64,000 bases of DNA, from the NCBI GenBank assembly GCA_965113315.1, contig OZ220374.1; one strand, given 5' to 3'. Both the position numbers and the translations under genes were made by a program. The stretch's first letter is position 1, and each line of letters begins with the position of its first letter. Positions 53,090 to 64,000 of the stretch are shown here, piece by piece. The notes beneath the pieces are model-generated. The model worked only from the letters and a program-made list of their open reading frames with translations. It was not told where the DNA came from and did no database searches. The stretch is from Podarcis vaucheri. Its lineage: Eukaryota.

Positions 53090-54350
53090 AAGGCTGGAGC
53101 GAGCGGGGCGTTTGAGAAACTAGCCACCGGCGCGCGGATTTAAATAACACGTCGACTACTCCAAAAAGAAAGGGAGAAGGATCCCAGCCGCCGCCGCCTC
53201 CCTCGCACCGCCTGCAGCAAACGGGTCCGCCGCCAATTCAGCGGCGCTGAAACTGGAGAAACGGCTCGCGCCGCCTCGGCCGCGAGAAGAAAAAAAACTC
53301 CAAACACCACCTAAACCCTCCCTTCCGAGGGCGAGCCGGCGCCTGCAGCTCGGCCGGGCTTTCCGCGTGGAAAATCGGATAGGAGCCGCGCGAAGGGACG
53401 GGGCTGCGTTTTAAAACGCAAGATCTCGCCGCCGCCTTCGGAAAAGCGGCCCTGGAAGGAAACGTAGAGAATATATCAGGGTCTCCCCGCCCCCGATCGC
53501 GGGGAGCAAAGGAGGAAAAGGGCCCGGCGAGGTTTGTGCGGGCGCGGGCTGAGGAAGGCAGCGCGCCTTCACCAACAGCTCTCCTGTTTGGGGTTTTGTG
53601 GGGCAAGGGAGAAGCGGGAACTGGAGGCTGCGAGGTCCTTTGCAGCCGAGAAAGCGCTTCTTGCCTCGGCGGGAGCAGGGAGAACCCGGGGCCTGGTGTG
53701 GCCCAAGCTCAGAAAGCGGAGGCGGCATTGCCTAAGTTGTCCCTTCGCAGCAGCAGCAGCAGAGGACCCCCCCCCCCGCCGTCCAATGTTTATAGCTCTC
53801 CCCTTCGGCTGCATTGTCCGGGAGCAGCGGGGGGAGGAGACTGGAGAGAAGGAGCCCAACGTCTCCTTACGCCAATGTAAGGCGTCGCTGCCTCCTTCCC
53901 TCCAGAGAAGAAGAGTGGCGAGGAGGCAGGCAGGCAAGCACAGTTAGCACGAGGAAGCCGCTGCAGCAGCAGCAGCTTCCCTCTCCCCCTCTCGCCTGGG
54001 CTCTTTCCATTCATTTACCCGAGCGCAGGGGGCGGGGCCTGCGGGCCGGTGACCTTTCACCTCCTGCCTTCCTGCCTTCTCCCCCTCGGCGTTTCCTTTT
54101 GCCGCTCGGCCATTTGCTTACCCAGAAGCCAGCGCGCCGGGCGCGCTCGTGCCGAGCTCGAGTCTCTCGTAATCGCCCCTCTCGACCCCGCCCACTCCGC
54201 TTCTCTCTCCCCTCCCCTCCCGGGCGCGCGGCTTCCAATCTCAGGCCGGCAGGCAGCTCCTGGCGGAGGCCGCTGCTGCAACTCCCCGCGTGGACGCTAG
54301 GGGCAGCCGCTTCCAAGGGAGGGTGCTCTTTAGCTGCCCGCGGGAGACTT
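53090..54350. promoter_or_regulatory. CpG island upstream of SKIDA1
   Basis: Very dense CpG/GC, GC boxes (ggggcggggc ~54028), and overlapping low-complexity ORFs on both strands. Confidence 0.6.
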
Positions 54351-54357
54351 TCTATGG

Positions 54358-54401
<44 letters not shown>
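54358..54401. repeat. (AAT)n microsatellite
   Basis: Directly visible. Confidence 0.95.
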
Positions 54402-54402
<1 letters not shown>

Positions 54403-54429
54403 GTTCGATAACGCCCTTTATAAAACAGT

Positions 54430-54630
54430 TCCAAACACTAATTTTACGGTCCCACTGACACTGGTGCAGATTACTTTCAAGTCACGTATTCAACATCCGG
54501 TATCACTGTCCACGTTATTATAGGTAATTATTAATTATAATTTCCGACAGCAGTAATTAATTGCATTTATTGAACACAGCTAACGCTTGTCATAAATCAG
54601 GATTATTTACAACGATGACGGTAATGCGGC
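54430..54630. promoter_or_regulatory. Homeodomain-site-rich enhancer-like element
   Basis: Multiple TAAT/ATTA cores, TAATTAATT, and the PBX-HOX composite TGATTTATGAC (minus strand, 54589-54599). Confidence 0.55.
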
Positions 54631-57600
54631 TGAAGGAAGAAGAAGAAAAAAAAGTTCCTGAAAGTTTAGGCAGGGCGATTAAAACTGGGAGAAAAGGAGG
54701 GGAGATGGTAAAGGATTTCCCCTTCCATAAGGTAAAGAGCTAGACTTCAAAGCCCCCACATCCCGCCCCCAATATGGGGGAAATGTAGTTGAAGGGAATA
54801 CTAGGGAACTCTGAAGAGTCACGGCATTTCCTACTCAGCATCTCCTGCCCCAAGTCATCATCTCCCCTCCCCCTTCCCCCAAAAGCAAAGGGCTGGCTTT
54901 GAAGAAAAAGGTTTAGAACTCTTTTGTTTCTGCTTTTCTTCCTGACCATGTGAGTGAGGCGGGGTTGGGTTGGTGGGATTGGAAAGCAGCAAAACAGGTC
55001 ACTGGGTGACTTGCTTCTTCATCCTTCAGCTTTTAGCGTCTCTCTCTCTTCGCCCTAGAAAAATGACACTCCTGGGTTTCCTTAAAAAGAATATTTTAAG
55101 TGGGAAAAGAGGGGGGGGCTCGAGATCGAGGACTGTTTTAATGGTCTAAAGCATGAGGGGACTACCATCAAATGGCGCAGCGTTTCACTCTTAAGAATAT
55201 CTGAATAGATCAAATCCCGTTCGCCCCTCCTTGGAAGGCTGGGAAGAAACAAGTTCTTTTAACGAAGAGCTTTAGAACTTAAGCTAAAAGCTGCAGCCGA
55301 GAGGGAAGTGTTTTTCTCGGCCTTGCTTGCGGATCTGCAGAGCTTGCAGCGTGGCCCAGAACCGGTAGCGTTCAGATGCACGTGCAGCAGACAGCCCCGG
55401 CCATCTGCAATATCTTCAGATCGCTGCCTGCTTTTTGTTTTTGTTGAAGCCTTCCCAACCTGCGAGATCACTGCGAGAACAAAGTGCAGGCTAGGAGCAG
55501 GCGTGGGCCGAGCTTCCGGAGGGCTCTGAGACGGAGGAGGCGGAGGGAAGAGGTGCTTCTGGGGACAGCCTCCCAAATCGCAGCTTTCCCCAAAAGCAGC
55601 AAGACGTAGAAAGTGGCGACCCAAACGGTGACCTACTGCATACGAGCGGAAGGTTGCAGGGAGGACAGGAATCCATCCGAACAGCGAGGCGGGATTGTAC
55701 TGCATATTAAAGAAGAGATTTTACGAGGCTGGTTTTCGTTTGAAAGCATGGCCGTGTTAGGCAAATGAGTGTCAAGGCATTGCACACGGCTTTCTTGGGA
55801 GATTCTTGCCGGCGACATAATCGATACAAACAAATCATGTAGAAGGGAACAAAAAGATTCTCTCCCCGCGCCACCCTTAAATGGTAATAAAAGACTGACG
55901 CTCCATGAATTGTCAAATCCCGCTAAAGGTTTTGAGAGAGACGCTTGTCCACCGGACGGAAGGGGGATTTGGAGCTGCTTGTTGCCTGTTGAATATGACG
56001 GACAAGTGTTTTCTATCCCAGGCAAAATGTGCCTATTCGCCAAATACTCGATTGGAACAGGTTTTGGCATCGGGCTGTTAAAAGGGTCTTGTCAGGTCTT
56101 GAGTAAAATAAATATTTTAAAAAATAAAATTCTGACACTGTTAACATGGTTGTCAAAATGTGGAAAAACAAGATACAGTGGTATTTTAATTATTTAAGTG
56201 GATTTAAACCTCTTTCCCTTGCTCTCTTTTACACACAGCATCCCAGTTAGGCACCTGATAATTTCGATCCAGATACCAATTAATGCCAAGTATTTTAATT
56301 AAATTGATTAATCCTCTTATGCTACATGCGTTATTTAGAAGTGAATCCCATGACATGAGTTGCATTTCTTAAGTTTACTATTTGAGATGTTAAATTGCCA
56401 TCCATAATCAATTTATTCTGGATCAATCTCTTTGGATTATTCTGGAATAAACAGACTGTTGAGTGTGCTTCTGGGGTTGCAATCCTGACACTTGTTTAGA
56501 AGCCAAGCACAACAGGAGCAGTGACCTATTGCCAGTTAAATGTGTTTTAGAAACCAGTAGCTGATGTTGTGCGATCGGCTGCAATTGTATGCAGGTTTTC
56601 TTGAGAGTAAGTCCCACAAACTCTGTCGGCTTTACTTGCAAGTAAACATGAAAGAACCCAATTTTAACTGGGCTGTAAATCGAGTTGCCAGTTAAGTGCC
56701 TATAATTCCCCCTAATTAGCATATCTCCATTTCTGTATCCCATGGTTGGGCCATGCTTACAATGAGCAGTGGATTGGTTACAAATAGATTTTAGTTGTCA
56801 GAATATAAACCAGCTCATTTAAAAATAAAATAATGGAAACGTATTTTATTTGTAACAAAAACACACCAATCAACAGCAGATTGAAAAGAGACACTTCCTC
56901 ATAGTGCAATAATTAAAAAATACTCTTTTATTTAAAAAGTGGGAAATAGTTTTATGTTTATGTGAGAAAATATCAAAGCAGGAAAAGGTTTGTTTACAAT
57001 AAAATAATTGCAAAGCATCCTCCCACCCTCCAAAATATAGCAAATAAACTAAAAGAAAGCCAAAATGTAACACAATTCGCTCATGGTTAAATTATAGGTA
57101 AGGAAGTTGAAGAAAGATGCATTTTGTTTATTTTAAAGGGCCTGTCTAGGTGGCTCTTAGTTGTATTAGTTTGATTTGTTAAAAACAAGAGGAATGCTTT
57201 TTGTTTTCTTTAGAGGTTAGCATCTTGTGAATCTGCTGTCTTGTGGTAAAACTATTGAGAATTGTAGAAAGATTCTCAGCGAACAAAGAAGGCAGCGTTA
57301 GCAGGGCAATAGGAGCGTGACAGTTTGAGCCAAGGTGGCAAAGAGTTCAAGTCATGAAGACGTTAAACCGAAGTTCTTGGATTGAAGCCAGTTTTGCAAA
57401 ATGCACCGGCTTAACTCCCTTTCATTGGGACTTCCTTCCGAGTAAGCGCATATATGAGAGTACAGTGGAGCTCCACTCTATCCGTTGTGGATCCAAGCTT
57501 TCCTAAGAGTAGTTTTACCAGGGTTGGAAGAAATTGAGAAAGGTCTGTGGTCAGCACTTGTCCTGTTTTGATTGATGATCTATCCCACCCCCCCCCCCTC

Positions 57601-57699
57601 CTTTTCTCCTGCAACCAACCGCTGCAAAGGCTGCTTAAAAGAAGAAGTTTGCCTTTTTGGTTAGGGCAAATAAGCACCCCCCCCCCCCAGAAAAAGCAG

Positions 57700-58620
57700 C
57701 ATGTGCTGCTGCATTGGAGGAGAGCGCAGAGCCCCCGCTTTTCCTCTAGGCAGCGCTGCAGCTGCGAAGAAGGACGAGTAAGCAGGACAGGGGCCAGCTG
57801 GCGAGGCAGTGGCAGCAAAAGGGCTTTTTTGCACGGGGCCTTTGCAGGTCGTCCTGATTGGAACCCGGGACCCTCGTGTAAGGGAAGAGAGGAGAGGAGC
57901 TTGGCGGGCAGCCAAACCCAATAACCCCCACCCTCTCCCCTTCCTCAAAGCCCCTTTTGCGTTTGTGCTCGATGAAAGGTGGAGGGCGAGCAGGTGAAAT
58001 AATGAATTTGTGGGTGTCGCTTACAAAACGAGAGTCAATTGAGAGGCCTGCTTGTGCAAGGACTAAGCCTGGCTGGCAGGAGGGCTCAGAGAAGGAGCTG
58101 CTCCTCCTGAGGGGAGAAGAAGCCCAGTCAGGCTCGCAGCCGGGCCTACTAACTACAGGCCGGCCTGCCGGCCTGTAGCCACAGGAGCAGAAGGGGCTGG
58201 GCCCCACGAAAGAAGCCACGAGGGACGCCGAGAGCGCGCAGGGGGAGCTGGGAGGCCGCCTGACGAGATCTGGGGGGCGGAGGGGGGAAGGAAAGGGGCT
58301 GCCGGCGGCGGCGGCGGGAGGGGAAGCTGCGAAAGGCGGTAGCAGCTGCCGCCGGGGAGCTGAGGCCTCATTCAGGCAGGAAGTGCAGTTGGAGGGAAGG
58401 TGCTCGGTTGCAGCAGGCGGGCCGGGGCAGCAGCGAGCGGGGTAGGCCGGCCTCCGTGAGGGGAGAGGAAGGGGAGCCGCGGCTCCTTTCCCCCCATTGC
58501 TCGTAGGGAAGCCACCGCTGCCGCCCTTCTTCGCGCGAAGGCTCCCCTTGTTTTCTCGCCGCAGCTGTGAAGGGAAAAGGGACGAGCTTCTGCTTCAGCA
58601 GCTTTTTGGGTTGCGCTTCC
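57700..58620. promoter_or_regulatory. CpG-island promoter, likely SKIDA1 distal / MLLT10-facing bidirectional promoter
   Basis: GC- and CpG-rich, with CCAAT boxes (tgattgg ~57854, ccaat ~57918), a GC box and ETS caggaagtg (~58377). There is a sharp transition to AT-rich DNA after 59 kb. SKIDA1 and MLLT10 are head-to-head in other vertebrates, but no MLLT10 coding sequence (MKEMIGGCCVCSDERGW) is in the window. Confidence 0.55.
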
Positions 58621-61600
58621 CCAAGCCCTATTTTATTTTATTGTTGGGGTGTGTGTGGAAGAAGTACGGTTGGAGTTTGCAATGCTCTTCCCTCCCGGTT
58701 TCCAGCAGTTTTATCTGGTCCATGAGTAGAGAGGACTTTTTCCCCCCCATCTCTTTCCTTATTCTTCCTTGTTTTCCTCTAGTGCTGCTGTTTTATTCAC
58801 TGGGCTTTATAGCTCACCGAAGGTAAAAGACCCCACCAGGGAGAAAAAGCTCGCCTGGTACAAAGGGAAACATCTGTTCAGCGGTGAATTTTTAGAACAG
58901 GACTTTTCGAGAGGGAAGGGGGGGGGGAAGGGGCAGGAAACAACTCGAGGAGGAAAAACACTAAATGCTGAAATAATTAGATTTTACGAAGAGGGAGCTA
59001 AAGGGAGAGTGGGTTCGGAAAAAAGCGGGTTCTTTTTTTAAAAAAAAAAATTGTTGCTGAAGTTGGAAAAACCGTGTCTTCTTCCTTTCAGAGGCTGGCA
59101 AAAATAAAAAGTTCTTTAAACGAAAGGCCTGTTCCTTCGGAAGTGTTTCTCTTTAAAAAGTAAAAACAAAAACTAAATGCATTTGTCCTTAAAAACAATT
59201 CAATTAATCTGAGTTTATTTTGGTCATTTTAATTACTTGAAGGAAAATTAACTGCTTAACCTTGTCTTAAAAAAAATAATCCAACAAGTGTCTATAATAC
59301 ATTGTTTTTAAATGTTGCGCCTGGGGTACTGTTTACTCGACCAGCCTTGTTAGATAGGGGGAGGTAAGCGTGTCTACATTCTTTTTAAATATATATATAT
59401 ATACATAGACTTGAAACTATTTTTCTGGTAAAATAGCTTCTTAGCAATAAAGTAGTATTGTTTCATGCAACTTGAGGGGATTTTAAAAGGCGGATTAGAA
59501 TAATTTCTAAATATTGTATTTCCATGTTCTCTGGGGGGAAATGGAATTTATTGAAGTTCTGAACTTCAGTAAAGCACTCAACAGGGCTGTATTTCTGGAC
59601 ACCATGGAGCAGAAAACTGTTGGTAGCTTTCCTGGAGACAGGGTTGAAATACGTTTGTGTTTATTCCTTTTCTTTGTAAAACTTGCTGTCTTTGGAGCCT
59701 TTAGATAGTAAATGCCAATGCAGAAGAATAAGGCAAATCTCACTTTGAAAATAATTTCAGAGTTTAAAATTCCCATATTTTGAGACATCACCATAGTTAA
59801 AAATATATTGGCGATTGTAATCTTTAATGATCACGGATCCTTAGTAACAAATAATTAGAATAGTATTGAAATATATATGTGACAAGGCCTTCAGATGCAC
59901 ACATAATTTATATAAGGCAATACATATACAGGGATTTTAAAATCAAATCTGTATTACAGAAGAAAAAATACAGCTGAAGGAACAGGATAAATAGCATGTC
60001 TGGTTTTTCCTCAGTGTTGCATACTACTTTTCTTGTTTCCGAAATAGAAACATTTCTCCCATCTTCTTTCTTGCCAAATGGGTAATTTAAAAAAAAAAAA
60101 AGAGAGTAGCACGATGTAAAAAAATCACATTCCGACTCTGAAGTGCCACAGTGAGACTGACAAAAAGTGATCCGAGGCTTGTGCCCTTAATTCGCTCGGA
60201 ATGTTAAGCTTCCCAAGATACTCCCCGCCTATGCGGTCATGTTAGCTTTTCTCTGTGTTTAGTAGGTGGTTTTTAATGGTTTAAAATTAGTACGTGGATC
60301 GTCTGTGCCCTTACGTTTGTAATATCAATATTAAAAAAAGTGTCCTGTAACAGGAAACGTCACACATTGTTAGATTTTTTTTTATGGTTGCATTTGGCTA
60401 CTCCATTCATCGACACAATACAATTAATTAGCATATTCTTGGGTGTGTTTTTGAGATTGGGCGGTAGTAGCCCCCATTTGAGGAGAAAACTCCTTAAATA
60501 AAAAAACTAACATGATTCTGCCCAAACCAGACACATAATTGATATTGACTGGAGATCTGCTTCATGTATAGCAAGTTGCTTTTATATCTAACAAAACTGC
60601 TTTCCTCCCTTTGCTATGGATAATTTTAAACTGGTGATAACAGTCATTCTGAAATAGCTTTATAGTTTAGATGCATGATAGGGATTTAAAGATGTATGAT
60701 AGGGAATTAAAGATGTTTTCTAATAGAAGAACAAGCATGAATAAAAAGGGGAAATGCAACCTAGGAGTATTGACAAAAATATGAACCAGTATAAACTTTT
60801 GATTTCTATTCAAATATAGGCTCATATTTAATGTTTTTTGTGCTTTTTGGTGTGTGTGGATGAGGGGAAAGACTATTTTCAAATATCCCTACTGCCAAAA
60901 ACAAACCATTTACAGCAAAATTCCAAATCTTTATTGAGATACTGCAGAGAAAATCAGTGCATTACATTTAAATTACATTAAATCTAAACTTCAGAGTTTA
61001 CTATCTTTTCCCCTGATTAGTACAGCATTATTATATTAAATGTGAATTTTCAAAAAACCTTTAATAAATTATATTTGTATATAAACTGAAAGTAGCACTT
61101 AACTATATTCCAATGAATAACTTTATAAATTAGCTCTTAAATGTAAACCTTGGGCCTCTCAAACTGAAGGTATGTTTACCCACCATGCTAAAAAAAATTC
61201 CTGTGCTGTAATATTTACTTAGAATATTTAATCTAGGGGTTTTATGTAAAAAACACTCTTTTGCATCATGTTTACAGTACATCTCAGGCTGAAATTAACA
61301 ATTAAATGCTAGCATTATCATAATAGAAGCAGTACTTGGAAAACAACTATTTCATCCACTGGTGCTCCTAGTTAAGTGGCATTTGCCCAAAGCCTCCTGA
61401 GGTGATAGTGCAATTTAAAACAATATAATGGATGCTTTAAAAACAACTTCCCAGTTAAATTAGTGGTTTTACTGGCTAGATTCTGAGAAAGATTCAAACA
61501 ATGCCATCACAGTTTTAACAGTCAAAGTTATACTTACATTAATAGGTAGTTTGGTCAGCACACAACTGACTTTAAAACTTGTATGTACAAATTGGAAAAT

Positions 61601-62786
61601 GTGTAAATACATTAAAAAATGCAGATGAAAGGTGAACTGCATATAAGCTGGTATTTGTATTGCTGCAAAATATTCCTGCGGTTATGTGTACATGCACGCA
61701 CACACAAAATAAAAATATATATGTTTTTACTGGTGTAGCTTTACTCAGAAACTCTACAAGCACATTTTGTTTAAAGTAAGTTCTGTTTAAACCAATTGGA
61801 AAGTAGATTTTAGGACTGAAGCACTGAACACAACAGGATTAACACAGGGAGTAAAAAAAATGGACAAAATGTTATGCTCTTCATAACTGAGCAAGGGCAA
61901 ATAATTTGCTGAATTCAGACCACTATAGCTTATAGTTTTAAATACTGTATAGCAGTAGTGTGTATGGGTCAAATCACAAGTGTCGCACTCCACACTGTGG
62001 ACTGACCATTATGCTTTCATTTCCTAGGATTAAACAAATAGCATCATTAACATTTAAATTAATGCTATATTCAAGTTCAGCAAGCAAAGAAGGTAAAGAA
62101 AGTGTGCTTTTACAAAAATAAACACAAATAAGAAGATACTTAATGTCTATTAAGTTTTTTCTCAGAACTTTTAAAAGGCACATTATTTTATGAATATTAT
62201 AGCTTTTTGTGCTGGGGTAAAGTATAAAATTTAAGTTTGGACAAAGATTCAGTTTTAAAATCTTAACATGTTCTTAAGGGCTTTAGGCAAGCATCTATTC
62301 CTAACCTCACTCCTCAAAAACAAACAGCCCTGACACAACTCTTCTATTCCTCCTCCATTTATCCCTCCTTCCCTCCTAATTGTTTTCAATATAGGATGAA
62401 AAAGACATGTTTGGGTTTGAAGAGTTTTTTTTGGTTTTGCTTTTATATATCTGTTTTACCTCACATGCTCGTTCTTATTGAGTAATAAGAAAATTACACC
62501 TGATTTAATTGTGACAAAGAGGTGATTAAGTAATACAGGCTCTTTTGCTCAACAAGCCCAGGATGTGTTACTGAATCCATGTTTAGAATTATTGCCACAT
62601 GCAAAACATAAAGGGCATTTCAGGAAATTGGAATTTTAGGTTGATGCTACTTGTTTTTAAAATATTTTTAAATATTTAGGTGATACAGGACGTTAAAAGT
62701 GCTGAAAACGTTTTTGTACGTTACTTTCCACCCCTAACATTTAAAAGTATTTCCCATTGAAAATAATAGCAAATAACGTGAAGCCC

Positions 62787-62850
62787 TAGAAGTACATCCA
62801 ATGGAGTTCAATGCCACCTACTCCCAGGTAAGTGTGCATAGGATTGCAGC
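62787..62850. repeat. Old palindromic reptile interspersed repeat (gcaatcct...gtaagtcccattgaa.tcaatggg.cttac...aggattgc type)
   Basis: Recurrent degenerate copies at about 6505-6572, 20390-20450, 23730-23800, 25545-25620, 56580-56650, 62787-62850 and 63110-63185. Confidence 0.5.
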
Positions 62851-64000
62851 TTAAAACAAATAAAGTTATAAAATAGTAGAAAATTACATGTACCTTTAAA
62901 ATATGTGGATTGATTTGTTGTCTACATTGTCTACATTGTATCTTTTAAAAAACCAATTTTCAATCTTTGAAAATTCAATCTTTGCCTGTTTTCCTTTTCT
63001 AATAGGCATATTTCTATCTCTGGGTCTGAAAAAGCTGTGAATTCAAAAACATTTCCCCCTATCATCAGCCTTTACATCTATTCCTGAAAACACACCCTAA
63101 CACCCCAACTTAAAAACCGTAACTTGAAAGTAAATCTCATTGATTTCAAACTTGCCTCAAGTAGTGTGCTTAGGAATAGGATGCAAAAGGTTTCCACATT
63201 CATATCATATGGATGTTAATGGCTTACTATGTGTGTAGTACATTGTCGTAAAGCCTTTCTCTTCCTATTTTGCATTTCAATGGTTCTTTCCAAATGCATT
63301 GTTTTACAAAACCACCAAGAGGCTATCTACATTTTGTCATCAAGTTCCCTGCAATGTTTTAAAATAGCATCATAGTCCCTCTTTCAGTCTATATATTTCA
63401 ATTCCTTAAATGAAACTAAAGTTAGTCCAATCAATTTAAAATAAAGTTTAATATTAGTGCAATACAATTTACCCTGGGGGGTTTTGTGCCAAAATCAAAG
63501 TTTTATGTTGATCATTCTGTTAATATACAGCATATATACTTAAATAAAAAGAGATTTGTTTAAAATGCATGCAAAGATTTTACAAAATACATTTCTAACA
63601 TACACATTTTAGTTTGATTTTTAGCATGATTTTCAATTGACATTGCTTTACATTCTAGGAAGGGCCAAATTTTAAATGATACTGAATGTGAAAAATGAAC
63701 TGTAGAACTATATGAAGTTTAATAGTGTTCAAAATAAAAAATACGTCCAAAGCTTTTACAAACTGGAAGGAAACATAGGCAGCAATTTTATTACAATGTA
63801 CTTTTCCAGAGTACTGTACCCCTTAGGTTTCTTGTCCATTGTATGCTTTGCTAAACAACAGAACCTTGGTGCTACTTAATTCTGAAAGTTCCAAGTCCTC
63901 AGCATCCCTGACATTCACCCTCCCTTTGCTACCTTAAAGTCCAACTCCATCTGTCAGTGCACCTATCTGTATTTATTCAGTCTCCCACAATAGTTCCTAG

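Noticed and set aside
57400-64000. MLLT10 coding exons expected by synteny
   Set aside because: No PHD-finger sequence (GGCCVCSDERGWAENPLVYCDG) was seen in the ORF track or by eye, so the CDS probably starts beyond the window.

Overview
Vertebrate (squamate, probably lacertid lizard, judged from a Sauria SINE and other squamate repeats) genomic DNA with three N-gaps. The only protein-coding gene I can identify firmly is SKIDA1 (minus strand, single coding exon, ATG 43994 to stop 41400, 864 aa). It has an N-terminal SKI/SNO/DACH domain, poly-Ala and Ser/Glu tracts, and the C-terminal domain shared with EPOP. Around it lies a roughly 50 kb CpG-rich region with many AT-rich, homeodomain/TALE-site-rich blocks that look like conserved enhancers. 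A CpG island at about 58 kb probably faces MLLT10, whose coding exons are not in the window. The left 27 kb carries squamate TEs (Penelope-like, hAT MITEs, RTE, Sauria SINE, L1, L2, MIR-like SINEs). Best leads: (1) a diverged inverted duplication of an ~85 bp non-coding element at 30718-30798 / 32090-32175; (2) a TSD-flanked Penelope-type insertion forming a perfect 72 bp hairpin with a hammerhead-like core; (3) PBX-HOX/MEIS site clusters; (4) uORFs in the SKIDA1 leader; (5) candidate plus-strand non-coding exons; (6) a weakly supported minus-strand spliced ORF at 2.5-11.2 kb. I cannot support any prokaryotic-type system (CRISPR etc.). Human comparisons are from memory, not from a search.
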